A stretch of DNA of 64,000 nt, taken from Octopus vulgaris (Eukaryota). Below are positions 1 through 13,771 of this stretch, one piece after another. The notes beneath the pieces are model-generated. The model saw nothing but the letters and a program-made list of their open reading frames with translations, searched no databases and was not told the origin of the DNA. The stretch lies in assembly GCA_951406725.2 (NCBI GenBank), contig OX597836.1, positions 10,540,001 through 10,604,000 on the forward strand. Reading direction: 5' to 3'. Both the position numbers and the translations under genes were made by a program. Every line of letters starts with the position of its first letter. Position 1 is the stretch's first letter.

Positions 1-334
1 GAAAGGATGAAAGGCAAAGTGGACCTCGGCGGAATTTGAACTCAGAACGTAACGGTAGACGAAATAGCGCTAAGCATTTCGTCCGGTGGTGCTAACGTTT
101 CTTATTTCTTTATTGCTCACAAGGTGCTAAACGTAGAGGGGACAAACAAGGACAGACAAAGGGATTAAGTCGGTTACATCGACCCCAGTGCGTAACTGGT
201 ACTTAATTTATCGACTCCGAAAGGATGAAAGGCAAAGTGGACCTCGGCGGAATTTGAACTCAGAACGTATCGGCAGACGAAATAGCGCTAAGCATTTCGT
301 CCGGTGGTGCTAACGTTTCTGCCAGCTTGCCGCC
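1..334 (-). mobile_element. SINE family B (tRNA-like head plus tandem ~185-bp body units)
   Basis: Reverse complement of GGCGGCGAGCTGGCAGAAACGTTAGCAC...GAGTTCAAATTCCGCCGAGGTC...CATCCTTTCGGGGTCGATAAATTAAGTACCAG; many copies in the window. Confidence 0.85.
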
Positions 335-430
335 TTTTTACAGGCACAGATATTATTAAAGCCGAAATTGCAGTTCAGCAACGGTATAGGTTTACACTTT
401 GAACTCAACTCAGGAGGAAAATCGAGAAAT

Positions 431-795
431 AGGCGCAGGAGTGGCTGTGTGGTAAGTAGCTTGCTAACCAACCACATGGTTCCGGTTTCAGTCCCACTGC
501 GTGGCACCTTGGGCAAGTGTCTTCTGCTATAGCTCAGGGCCGACCAATGCCTTGTGAGTGGATTTGGTAGACGGAAACTGAAAGAAGCCTGTCGTATATA
601 TGTATATATATATGTGTGTGTGTGTGTGTGTTTGTGTTTGTCCCCCTAGCATTGCTTGACAACCGATGCTGGTGTGCTTATGTCCCCGTTACCTGGCGGT
701 TCGGCAAAAGAGACCGATAGAATAAGTACTAAAGGCGGTGCCCCAGCATGGCCGCAGTCAAAATGACTGAAACAAGTAAAAGAGAGAAAGAGAAA
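431..795 (+). mobile_element. SINE family A (tRNA-derived, internal (TA)n/(TG)n tract), near full length
   Basis: A-box-like TGGCTGTGTGG, B-box-like GGTTTCAGTCCC, internal microsatellite, 3' end GACTGAAACAAGTAAAAGAG; more than 20 copies or fragments in the window. Confidence 0.88.
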
Positions 796-1285
796 GAGAA
801 ACCGACTACAAGAGCGACAACGAACGCAAGCACCACCACCACCACCACCACCACCACCAGCACTACCAAAACTACCAGCACCACCACGCCTTACTCCTCC
901 ACCTCCCACTCTTGCTACTACCTCGTCGCTTGTGCTACTGTGCGCCCTTTTCTTTGTGTGCCACCTACCCCCCGTCTCCATCCATTTGAACTGGCTTTTC
1001 TTTTTTTTCATTTTATTTTATTTTATTATATTTTATTTTATTGAAAAGGCCAGAAAGAGAGAGAGAGAGAGAGAGAGGAAAGAGAGAAGGATGGGGGGTG
1101 GGGTGGGGGGTGAGCGAAATGGTAATGAACTGAAGCGGGTTCTCTTTATCAACAGTTGGTGACATGGTTGTGCCAAGTGTTGACACAACAAAATCGCTGT
1201 TATCTTGGTGAAGAAATCAACCATTCGCTGACTTCTGAAGCTGAAACTGAAGTTGAAGGCCTTTTTTTGGAGATATATTTGCCAT

Positions 1286-1870
<585 letters not shown>

Positions 1871-2067
1871 CACCACCACTGGCAACGTCGCCTCCACCGT
1901 CGCGCCGTTTCATCATCATCCGTCGAGTAAAAAAGTCTAGAATGACCTCTCCAACAACATTGATTTTTTTTTTTTCAACCTCGCTAGCAGTTTTTTTTTT
2001 TGTTTTGGTGGGGCAAATCTCTGCAAAATAAGGAAGCAGACGCGAGGCATGTAGGAAATGGAAGTGG

Positions 2068-2293
2068 AGAAGAAGAAGAAGAAGAAGAAGAAGAAGAAGA
2101 AGAAGAAGAAGAAGAAGAAGAAGAAGACGAGAAGAAGGAGGAGGAGAAGAAGAAGGAGAAGAAGAAGCATAATAATAATAATAATAATGATGATGATGAT
2201 GATGATGATGATAATTAAGAAGAAAAAGAAGAAGAAGAAGAAGAAGAAGAAGAAGAAGAAGAAGAAGAAGAAGAAGAAGAAGAAGGAGAAGAA
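2068..2293. repeat. Compound (GAA)n/(TAA)n/(GAT)n microsatellite
   Basis: Seen directly. Confidence 0.95.
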
Positions 2294-2742
2294 GTGAGTG
2301 GTGATAGAGGCGGTGGTGCTGGCAGTGGCGGCGCCGGAACTGCTGGCGTTGGCAGCGATGGAAGCGGTTGTTGTCGTGGTGGCGGTGGTGGCGGTTGATT
2401 CCTCGTCACCTACATCTCAACCTTCTTACCGCGGTAAGGAATATAAAAAAAAGGAAAAGAAGAGTAAAAAGGTGGTGGGAGAGAAAATGTTAAAAGAAAC
2501 GTATAAAAGAGCTTTAATCTAATACTTTAAGGATAAAGATTTTCAGGCTCAGATTTTTAAGGAAACATCAGAGCTTTCAACAGCTTGTCTTCGCATACGT
2601 TTAATGTATCCCCTAATTAACATGTACTTAGAACGCGCGCGCGCGTGTGTGTGTGTGGTAAGAAGGTTGCTTCCCAACCACATGGTTCTGGGTTCAGTCC
2701 TCCTGCGTGGCACCTTACATATATGTATATACATATAGATAC

Positions 2743-2781
<39 letters not shown>

Positions 2782-2914
2782 GTGTGTGTGTGTGTGTGTG
2801 TATGTGTGTTTGTCCTCCCCACCATCGCTTGACAACCGATGTTGGTATGTTTCCGTCCACGTAACTTAGCGGCTCGGCAAAAGAGACCGATAGAATAAGT
2901 ACTAGGCTTACAAA

Positions 2915-2954
<40 letters not shown>

Positions 2955-2956
<2 letters not shown>

Positions 2957-3181
2957 TCTTTACTCTCTCTTTTTACTCTTTTACTTGTTTCAGTCATTTG
3001 ATTGCGGCCATGCTGGAGCACCGCCTTTTAATCGAGCAACTCGACCCCAGGACTTATTCTTTGTAAGCCCAGTACTTATTCTATCGGTCTCTTTTGCCGA
3101 ACCGCTAAGTGACGGGGACATAAACACACCAGCATCGGTTGTCAAGCAATGCTAGGGGGACAAACACAGACACACAAACAT

Positions 3182-3252
<71 letters not shown>

Positions 3253-3693
3253 CACACGTATATATATATAGGATAAATGTAAAAAAACACAAACTGGGAC
3301 AAGAACGCAAAACATTTAGAAGACGATACAAAAGAACGGACGGGACATTCGAAGCCTTCGATCTTCAGTCAAAAACCGGATCATCTTCGCAATTTCGGCT
3401 GATTAATTTTGACTTTGATTGCTCCGACCTGGCCAGCCCCAAAGGAAAATCTAAGCCAAGCGCATTAGATTCCTTGGAAGAAAGCCTCGAATGTATACAA
3501 AACAAGGACGGGAACGAATAAGAATACATACCACAGGCTTCTTTCAGTTTCCGTCTACCAAATCCACTCACAAGGCTTTGGTCGGCCCGAGGCTATAGTA
3601 GAAGACACTTGCCCAAGGTGACACGCAGTGGGACTGAACCCAGAACCATGTGGTTTGTAAGCAAGCTACTTACCACACAGCCACTCCTGCGCC
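2955..3693 (-). mobile_element. SINE family A, interrupted in its internal microsatellite by a ~260-bp hammerhead-like element
   Basis: 3' part 2955-3250 and 5' part 3535-3693 flank the insert at about 3270-3525. Confidence 0.8.
3362..3422 (-). ncRNA. Permuted hammerhead-like motif, family 1 copy 1 (4-nt insertion at the cleavage site)
   Basis: Minus strand GCAAUC-aaag-UCAAAA..AGCC GAAA UUGC..UUUUGA CUGAAGA. Confidence 0.45.
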
Positions 3694-4029
3694 TATATAT
3701 ATGAATTTAACTATGAGCATTTAGATATTTCCACGGTGGGGCGTGTCAATTTTCAATGCGCAACATCAGCACGGACGCCTCTTTAATTATATTGTGTTAC
3801 CGTTACAACAAATGCATTGTATTTACCTCCGGCGCCTCTTAATGTCACAGCGATAAGTATCGAGATTACTGAAGGCTCTCAGCGTTGACTCAGTATGTGA
3901 CAAAATTTGTAAAATATGATAAATTAGCGAGTAAAGAAGAGAGCTGTGTTCTGGCGTTTTGGGTTGGGCTCTGAGTGCAAGGTATGCGATGGAAAGCTGT
4001 CAAGGAATGTCTACTACTACTACTACTAT

Positions 4030-4109
<80 letters not shown>

Positions 4110-4121
4110 CACATACATACG

Positions 4122-4880
4122 ACGGCGAGCTGGCAGAATCGTTAGCATACCGGGCGAAATGCTTAGCGGTATTTGGTCTGCCGCTACGTTCTGAGTTCAA
4201 ATTCCACCGAGGTCGACTTTGTCTTTCATCCTTTCGGGGGTCGATAAATTAAGTACCAGTTACGCACTGGGTTCGATATACTCGACTTAATCCGTTTGTC
4301 TGTCCTTGTTTGTCCTCTCTGTGTTTAGCCCCTTTTGGGTAGTAAAGAAATAGAAATAGGTATTTCGTCTGCCGCTACGTTTTGAGTTCAAATTCCGCCG
4401 AGGTCGACTTTGCCTTTCATCCTTTCGGGGGTCGATTAAATAAGTACCAGTTACACACTGGGGTCGATATACTCGAATTAATCCCTTTGTCTCTCCTTGT
4501 TTGTCCTCTCTGTGTTTAGCCCCTTGTGGGTAGTAAAGAAATAGAAATAGGTATTTCGTCTGCCGCTACGTTCTGAGTTCAAATTCCGCCGAGGTCGACT
4601 TTGCCTTTCATTCTTTCGGGGGTCAATTAAATAACTACCAGTTACACACTGGGGTCGATATACTCGACTTAATCCCTTTGTCTGTCCTTGTTTGTCCTCT
4701 CTGTGTTTAGCCCCTTGTGGGTAATAAAGAAATAGGTATTTCGTCTGCCGTTACGTTCTGAGCTCAAATTCTGCCGAGGTCGACTTTGCCTTTCATAATT
4801 TCGGTGTCGATTTAATAAGTGCTAGTTATGCACTGGGGTCGATGTAATCGACTTTATCCCTTTGTCTGTCTTTGTTTGTT
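4122..4880 (+). mobile_element. SINE family B with four tandem body units
   Basis: One head at about 4123, then units restarting at GTATTT(C/G)GTCTGCCG near 4169, 4360, 4551, 4736. Confidence 0.88.
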
Positions 4881-4887
4881 CCACACA

Positions 4888-4927
<40 letters not shown>

Positions 4928-5844
4928 ACAAGCTTCCAAATAGTTTCCATTATCCAAGTTCATTCACAAGGCATTGGTCGGTACGGAGTTATAGTAAAAG
5001 ATGCTTACCCGGGCATATAGTAAAAGATGCCTAACCGGGTTTATAGTAAAAGAAGCGTACCCGGGCTTATAGTAAAAGACACTACGCGTGCCACACAGTG
5101 GAAACTGCACCCGAAACTGCATAGTTCAGTCGAACTTCTTATGCCTGCGTCGATAAAAGTTATTCATAACGCACCCAACAATTTAAAAAAAGGGAAAACA
5201 AACGGCATTTAAAAAAAAATCCAAAATGGCTGAAAACAGACGACAGTTTTTGTTTTTGTTTTTTTTTTAAAGCGGGTTATGTGCTGCACTATAGACGTTA
5301 CAGATAAATGATATAACAACTTATACGATAAGAACAAGCGCTGCTAACGACTGACGTGTATAGTATTACGTTGTCAACAAGCCCCTGCACTAAGTGGGCA
5401 GCTAACAGTTGCACTAACTGCCATTCCCTTATATACAATAACCATTCAAGGTATTTCACTGAGGAGAAGAAGAAAAATTTTTTAATGAAATAAAATAAAA
5501 TAAAATAAAATAAAATAAACAAGTCTAGAAGAGTTTAAACAGTGTGTGTATGTAATTCAAGAGAAGAATGTTTCGTAAACAGACAGACATCAAAGAAGGG
5601 GAGCAGATCGCTGAGTGGAATTTCAGCTGCAAGAAATTTTGGACTCAATATCTCTCTGTCTCTTTCTCCCCCTCTCGCTCTTTCCTTCTCTCTTTCTTTC
5701 GTTTTATGTGTTCTTATTGACATTTTCATGTGCTTATGTTGACACAACCCGGAAAAGCAGCTCACCTGCCAGCGTGAGCCCCTTGTTAGATGCAGCAAAA
5801 CTACCAGCAAATATTTTTTCTGTGTTTCTATATCTTTTTATCTT

Positions 5845-6243
5845 TTACACGTTTCAGCCGTTGCACTGCGGCCATGCTGGGGCACCACCATGAAGGGTTT
5901 TAGCCAAGCAAATCGAACCCAATTTCTTTCTTTATTATTTTTGCTTTCTTTTTGTTTTTGTTAAAACCTGGCACTTATTCTATCCGTCACTCTTTTGCCG
6001 AAGTGCTAGCTAACGGTACGCAAACAAACCGACATCGGTTGTCAAGTGGTGATGAGGGATTAATACACACACACACACAAACACACATAAACACGACGTG
6101 CTTCTTTCAGTTTCTGTTCACCGAGTCTTCTTACAAGGGTCGATTCTGGGCTCTAGTAGAAGACGTTTAGCCAAGGTACCACGCAGCGAGCCCGAACCCA
6201 GAAACATGTTGTTGGGAAGCAAACTTCTTACCCCACAGCCACA
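5845..6243 (-). mobile_element. SINE family A, diverged copy
   Basis: Homologous to 431-795 in reverse orientation. Confidence 0.75.
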
Positions 6244-8094
6244 GATAGATAGATAGATAGATAGATAAGGAGGTGAGAGAAAGAGAGGGGGAGAAAGTAA
6301 ATGACAATGGGAAAGAGGAGAGAACGACAGAAATATTAAAACGTGAGGAAGTTTTAAACGTGTTATGTCAAATAAGTCAGCGTCGAAGCAGCGGCGTCAA
6401 AACGGCTGTGCCAAAACGGCTGTGCCAAAACGTCTCATACCTTAATAGAATTCCATAGACATACACAAACAAGAAGGTCAAGAATTAGTCCTATTTAAAC
6501 AATCTCGTAATATTAACCCTCGATCAGTTTAACCCTTGGTCAACCTATCAGACCCTCGGAACAGTTCTGTTGCAATCAAGTTAGTCCTGGCTTATAACAA
6601 ACTCATTTCCAACGAGGTGACATTATACTGAAGTGTTATTTTGTCCTCTGCGCTTACTTCTCACATTCTTGTAAACTCTTTATTTAATAAAGAGACAACC
6701 TCTTGCTATGTAAACATGACTTTCGGTTAATCTCTACTTCTCTCATTCAATTAGAAGATTTTTCAAGCTGCTGTGTGAGTTTTGCCAAAGTAGTTTGATG
6801 TTTTCAATGTAAACATCGAGTAATGAAGTTGTACCAGTTTTTTTTTTTCCTTCATATACTATTTGTAATTGGTGACAAACAGTTATTAGCAGTGTTAGAT
6901 AGATTATGCCTTTTACAGCTGTCATGTTGTCACAAGAAATATTAATTAGTTTGCTCTGTCTGTTGATGTTAAAGTTATCAGTTTTCACTAGTTAATTTCG
7001 GTTGTTCCATCAGTCAGGAAATACTACAGAGAGAGAGATAGAAAGAAAGCGAGGCCATTTTTTTTCACAGGCTTTCTCTGTATGTTTCCCTTTATCTCTC
7101 TACATCTCTCATTCTCAATCCCGAAACTAGGTGAGACTACAAATGGTCTAACTGAGCCGGGGAAAGTGTTTATTTACATTTTATATTACCGTGAAAAGGG
7201 GGTGGGGGCCCATAGACACGACCTCCCATACGATGCATGGTATTTCGTTTTCTTGTTATTTCAGTCAGAATTGAACCCTGACCCTCTCCTTCATGTTATC
7301 CTTACTCCAAAGACTACAAAAGCCCAAAGTAGGTCATACTATATATATATATAGTGGAGCTGGGCTAGTAGTTATACCCATGGTGGTAATACTACTAAAA
7401 GTTGTCAGATCAACAGAGAATGTTACTTGCGATAGGCTAGCATACTATCCCAGAGAAAGCGTTACCCCTTCTGTTGAACGCATAAAAGCTAGGCTAAAGA
7501 CTTCTCCTCAAAGTCTCGGCTTTGCAGTCATTTTCTTAATTTATTGCAAATTCCATTTGATAAATAAGAATGGAAATAATGTTACAGTTAGACACGGGTG
7601 GCGAGCTGGAGGAATCGTTATGGCCCGTCGGACAAAATGCTTCGTGATATTTCTTCTGGCTCTTTACATTGTGAGTTCAAATCCCGTCGAAGCTAGTTTT
7701 ACTTTTTGTCCATTTGGGGTCGATAACATAAAGTACCATTCAAATACTAGGGTGGATGCATTCAGCTTCCAATCGTAAGATCGTGAATTGTCCTTGACAA
7801 GAAACTTAGTTTGTCCTTGGGCAAGAAACTTTATTTCATGATGCTCCAGACCGCTCACCTAGCAAAAATGAATTGTACTTGTTTTCCAAAGGACCAGCTT
7901 TGTCACATTCTGTGTTACTCCTCAAAATTTCTGGTCTTGCCCCATTCCTTAAAATTTCCGGTCTTGAACCCTGTGACGGACTGGCGTCCCGTTCAGGAGT
8001 ATTTCGTGATCTCGGTTACTTAATCGCCATGGAAATAGGGGCAAACAATTCTCATATTTTTGTCTAGCGTGTTCAAGGTTTGTTTATGCCGCGC

Positions 8095-8422
8095 GAAGAC
8101 GCGTGACTTAGAGGTTAAGGGGCATTCGGCTCCTGATCATAACGTCGTCAATTCGATACCCGACGGTGCGTTGTGTTCTTATGCAAGACACTTTACTTCA
8201 CGTTGCTCCAGTCCTCTTAGCTGTCAAAAATGAAATCGTGCCTGTATTTCAAAACGCCAGCTTTGTCATATTCTGTGTCACGTTGAATCTCCCTGGGAAC
8301 TACATAAAGGGTTTTCCGTGTCTATGGAGTGCTCAGCTACTTGCACGTTAATTTCACGAGCAGGCGCTTCCTTTGATCGGATCAACTGAAAAACTCCTCG
8401 TCGTAACCGACGGAGTGCCAGT
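8095..8422 (+). mobile_element. SINE family C (tRNA-derived), diverged
   Basis: Head GCGCGTGACTTAGAGGTTA and conserved GTGTTCTT...CACTTTACTTCACGTTGCTCCAGTC shared with 36898, 42382, 53775 and 57311. Confidence 0.65.
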
Positions 8423-8654
8423 TTTTCATTTTTTTTTTAAATACTGTTCTGCGTGATGATGGTTAGTTGTATTTATCATTCCTTGGTATCGCCTGATAAA
8501 AGATGTCGCTGCTGTATTTAGTTTCAGCTAGATTTCTAGGTGATTGATAAAAGGTCGGAAGAGGTACACAGGAAATGGTAAGGAGGCTTGAGCGTGATAT
8601 CATCTATATATCAAACTATAGGCATGTTTTGTGGCTGCTTACGAGAAAATCATA

Positions 8655-9310
8655 TATTCTCTTCTACTCTAGGCACAAAGCCTGAAATTTTGGGGAGAAC
8701 GTAAAGAGAGACGAAATACCGCTAAGCATTTCGCCCGGTGTGCTAACGTTTCTGCCAGCTCACCGATTTATGGAAAATCAGATATTCTTTTCTACTCTAA
8801 GCACAAGGCCCGAAATTTTGGGGGTAGGCGCCAGTCGATTAGATCGAACCCAGTATGCAACTGGTGCTTAATTTATCGACCCCGAAAGGATGAAAGGCAA
8901 AGTCGACCTCGGTGGAATTTGAACTCAGAACGTAAAGACAGACGAAATAGGGAAAGTCATATATTTATTTCTTTATTGCCCACAGAGGGTTAAACATAGA
9001 GAGGACAAACAATGACAGGCAAAGGGATTTCGATTATGTCGACCCCAGTGCGTAACTGGTACTTATTTAATCGACCCCGAAAGGATAAAAGTCAAAGTCG
9101 ACCTCGGCGGAATTTGAACGTAACGGCAGACGAAATACCCATTTCTTTACTACCCACAAGGGGCTAAACACAGAAAGGACAAATAAAGACAGACAAACGG
9201 ATGAAAGGTAAAGTCGACATCGGCGGAATTTGAACTCAGAACGAAGCGATGGGCGAAATACAGCTAAGCATTTCGTCCAGCGAGCTAACGTTTCTGCCAG
9301 CTCGCCGCTT
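8655..9310 (-). mobile_element. SINE family B cluster
   Basis: Tandem GAAAGGATGAAAGGCAAAGTCGACCTCGGCGGAATTTGAAC units ending in the head TGCCAGCTCGCCGC. Confidence 0.85.
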
Positions 9311-9807
9311 TAAGGAAAATCGTATATTGACTGAATATAACAAAACTCATTCACAAATCTGCGGCCGAGCCGGGCTATAGTAGAAGTCATTTGTTCAGGG
9401 TGCCACATAGTGGGACTGAACCCGGGTACATGCGGTGTCGAAGCAACTGTCTTATATCACACACATTGCATATTTATACGCATATATATATATACATACG
9501 TACGTACATCTAACCATCCATCCATCCATCCATCCATCCATCCATCCATCCATGCTGTCACACATACATACATACATACATACATACATACATACATGCA
9601 TGCATACATACATACATACATACATACATACATACATACATACATGCATACATACATACATATATACGTACACACGTATATACATACATACATGCGTACA
9701 TACGCATAATCATACATGCGTACATATATACATACATGCGTATATAAATCAGGATGATTCATGGGAAAAACTGAAACCCTAATGACAAATGACAACAGGT
9801 CTTCAAA

Positions 9808-9838
<31 letters not shown>

Positions 9839-10644
9839 GGGGACAGTAAAAGGGAAAAGGAAAAAAAATTTGGTTTTTGCTTGTTTGTTTTTCAGGGTCT
9901 TTTGCTTACCTCCCCTGCAGCGCTGGCCCTGACCCCTACCCGCTCCACGCCGCTCCCTTGATTTAAGATTCATTCATGTTACCATTGTTTAAACACCTCC
10001 CTTTACAACATTATTACTATATTACTTTTCCTTAGGGAACCCTACCTTATCATACATAACCACGTGTTGATGGGGGACATTGTTATTTCTTTTACGTTTT
10101 AAGCCCGTTAATCTTAACCACAAATCGCCAAGGATACGAAAGACCCGTTTAAATTACCAAGAAGGGGGTAAGCAGTGGGGTTTTAAAGTGCTAGCTCCCT
10201 ACGTTGCAGCACTTTTAATACTTCAAAAACCAGTGGGGAGGCCTCTTCGCACAGTTTTACAAGCGCATAAATAACACCTATGAAAATACCATTGGCCCCT
10301 AGGTCTTAGGGTTTCGGTTTATATTTTATCGTTTATTTGTTTCTCTGTCTTGCTGGGGTTCTGCTTTGAAGGGGTTAGTCGAGCAAATCGACCCCGGTGC
10401 TGATTTATGTTGTTCTGATTTTTTTTTTTGGTTGTTTGTGTGGTGTTTATTATATCGTTTTTCTTTTGCCGAACCTCTACGTTACGCATGCGTAGACAAG
10501 CCAACACCGGTTTGTCAAGCGGTGGTAGGGGGACAAACATAAACACAAAGACATGCACACATACATACATACATACATACACACACGCACGCACACATAC
10601 ACACATACATACATATATATAGACAGATATACATATATATGTGC

Positions 10645-10691
<47 letters not shown>

Positions 10692-10752
10692 GGAGTAAAC
10701 ACATAAACGTGAAACAAGGTCTCAAATACCAGTGGTAGAGTCTATATATATA

Positions 10753-10778
10753 GTTTCACGTTGCCGTTCGTCGGACAG
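10753..10778 (-). ncRNA. Minimal hammerhead remnant with CCGACGA core (stem III/cleavage strand lost)
   Basis: Minus strand CUGU CCGACGA ACG-GCAA-CGU GAAAC, inside a short element between (TA)n tracts. Confidence 0.45.
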
Positions 10779-10832
10779 TTTTTGCTATTCTATACAACAA
10801 CGTATCAAGGTTTTGTGTTTTCTGTAAATAAA

Positions 10833-10876
<44 letters not shown>

Positions 10877-11115
10877 TTTATCAACTTGTTTCAGCGATAT
10901 GGCTGCGTCCATGCTGGAGCACCGCCTTGAATTTTTAGTCGAATGAATCGATCCCAGTACTTAATTTTTAAGCCTGGTACTTATTCTATCGGTCTCTTTT
11001 GCTGAATCGCTAAGTTACGGGGACGTAAACACACCAACACCGGTTGTCAGTGGCGATTGCGGGGTGAGGGAAAAACACAGACACACACACATGCATACAT
11101 GCATACATACATACA

Positions 11116-11147
<32 letters not shown>

Positions 11148-11879
11148 CAACAAGATTCTTTCGGTTCCCGTCTACCAAATCCATTCACTAAGTATTTTGC
11201 TCGGTGTACTAACGATTCTACCAGCTCGTTGGCTCGAAATATATTAAAATATCGTAGATTTACTCATTTAATGGATGTTCTTTTTAGCGATCACTTGTGA
11301 AATTGTCGTTCATTTTCTTCTGTGTTTGGACTATCCTTCCTAACACACTTCTCTCGTGTTCTTTTCCATCCGACAGCTGACCTATATCCATTGCCTTCCT
11401 TTGGATAGCGACGCTAGCAAAAACTGCTGGTATTCCTATCAACGTTATTGGAAATATCTTTCCTTCGCCTCAACTTGTCGAGTATTTGCTACATCTGTTT
11501 GTTTAAATGTATTCGCTTACTTTTTTTCTGCTTATCCTTTCTTTTTACCGACTCTCAAAACGATTACGGAGATTCTTTAGAGCGTATCCCGATTTACTAA
11601 CCCAGAAAAACAAGCCTTGTTAAAACACAAATAATACAAATGTTTACAAAAATCATAAAATATAAAAATATCCAAGGACAAACTTTATATTTTTACCAAA
11701 TCAACGGTAAACGGAGTGGCTACTGAAATGTTATCAAAATAACCTGTGTAAAACAAGAAGCGAAATGAAGGCAAAATATTGATTCAGTAATCCACGTGGT
11801 GTCACGGTTGTTTGAAGACATGATGGTCTCATGCTGTGAATGGGATTGTCATCACGTTAAAGGTGTCTTAAGATTAGAG

Positions 11880-12043
11880 CAGGCACAGGCAACCCTTTTT
11901 CGAGGAGCGGATCGCATCAGATACGGCTCATTATCAGGCGAGCCGCAAAACTGAAAAAAAAAAAAAAAAAAAAATTCAAAAGTAATTTTTCGTTAGACAT
12001 TCAAATTCAGGAAGTCCCGAGGGCCGCAATGTGCCCATGACTG
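11880..12043. mobile_element. Possible degraded hAT-type MITE
   Basis: Ends CAGGCACAGGCAAC / TGCCCATGACTG with internal GGCCGCA motifs; no clean TSD. Confidence 0.35.
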
Positions 12044-12423
12044 ACACTTAGATACTACACAGACCATTGTTGTTGTGGATTGTTGTTTAGCAAGTGTCAG
12101 ATTAAGCATGAATAATCATAGACATTCTAAACATGACCATCCCATCATGTCAGCGGTGTTTTGGATTACAATATATGATGCAAATTTTACTGCTTAAAAC
12201 GATAGAATGAGATTTGAGGGAGATTTGGTTGCTATTTCTGTCAATCAAAGTAGATCGGCTCCTTAGCTGATGGTCGTTTAACACAAACAAGACAGTCTTT
12301 ACTTTTCTTTTCCCTTTCCTTGCACCCCACACCACCAAACTCAGCTTCGAGTCCAAGGAAATTACGCCCCGTTTCTTTCTCAACGAAAACACCACACCAC
12401 ATACACACACACACACACAAGTC

Positions 12424-12437
12424 GTTTCCATAGCAAC
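12424..12437. promoter_or_regulatory. Candidate RFX X-box
   Basis: GTTTCCATAGCAAC matches GTTNCC-AT-RGNAAC, in non-repetitive sequence. Confidence 0.4.
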
Positions 12438-12613
12438 CAGAATTCCGAAATTCCGAATTGCCATCAATTAAACCATGCGAGAAATGCCGAAAAACTAAAC
12501 CGATGTTTTTGTGTCTAAATAAGCATTCGTGGTATTTGGGTTTCTGGTTTCTAAACTGTTTGGCTCTTGTCATCAAACAAATGGACGTGGCATCCAATCC
12601 TGATGACGACGAC

Positions 12614-12659
<46 letters not shown>

Positions 12660-12681
12660 TTGATGACGACGATGATGGTGG

Positions 12682-12713
<32 letters not shown>

Positions 12714-13316
12714 GTCGTGTTGGTCGTGGTAAGGGAGGGAGCTGTAGAGTAGAGGCGCGAATTCGGTGGACACCAGGCGGCGGCAGCGGTGGTGATGGTA
12801 GGTGGGTGGTAGGTGGGTGGGTGTTGAAGAAATGGGAGGTTTCTGTCCACCCCCCTTCATCCTTGCACCTGCTTTAACCCTCCTCCTCCTCCTCCTCCTC
12901 CCCATCTCTCTCTCTCTCTCTCTTTCTCAGGTTTTTCTCCATTCTTTTTCTATCCTCTACAGACGATTCTGGAGATTGATTGGCGGCGGTGGTGTGGGGT
13001 GTGCGGGCGGTTGGTTGCATGTCGGAGTAGTTGGAGATGTGGAGTTGACAGGAAGGAGAAAGAGACAGAGGGGAGAGATAAAGAAAGAAAGAGAGAGAGA
13101 GAGAGAGAGAGAAAAAGTTAATGTCGGAATGGTATAAGGTTCCAGCTTCGTGTCCCTTGAGCCCTCAGTTACAGATTTTGTAACGGGTATGTGTGTGTGT
13201 ATGTGTATGTGTGTATGTATGCACGTGTGTATGTGTTTGTGTGTTGGCCTGGGAGGGGAAGTTAAGTATGGGAGTGAGGATTGCACTTCCAGCCAGTTAC
13301 CCGACTGTTCATATAC

Positions 13317-13388
<72 letters not shown>

Positions 13389-13475
13389 ATAAAAATAATT
13401 ACAGACATGGACAAGAACATGAAACGCCACAGAGACGACACAAGAACCACAGGACGGGACATTCGAAGCCCTCAG

Positions 13476-13532
13476 TCATCAGTCAAGAACCAGATCATCT
13501 TAGCAATTTCGGCTGATTAATCTTGAGATTGC
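13476..13532 (-). ncRNA. Permuted hammerhead-like motif, family 1 copy 2 (most intact)
   Basis: Minus strand GCAAUC|UCAAGA UUAAUCAGCC GAAA UUGC (14 nt) UCUUGA CUGAUGA CUGA; 5-bp stem III, 6-bp stem I, AUC triplet. Confidence 0.6.
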
Positions 13533-13605
13533 TCCGATATGGCAGCCCGCCATCTAAGCCAAGTGCATTAGATCCCTGAAGATTCCACATAAGAAAGCTT
13601 ATACA

Positions 13606-13645
<40 letters not shown>

Positions 13646-13703
13646 TATATACATATATATATATATATGTATATGTATATATATATATATGTATATGTAT
13701 ATA

Positions 13704-13771
<68 letters not shown>

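Noticed and set aside
431-510. tRNA genes at SINE heads (also 42384, 53136)
   Set aside because: A/B boxes are present but continue into SINE bodies, with no complete cloverleaf
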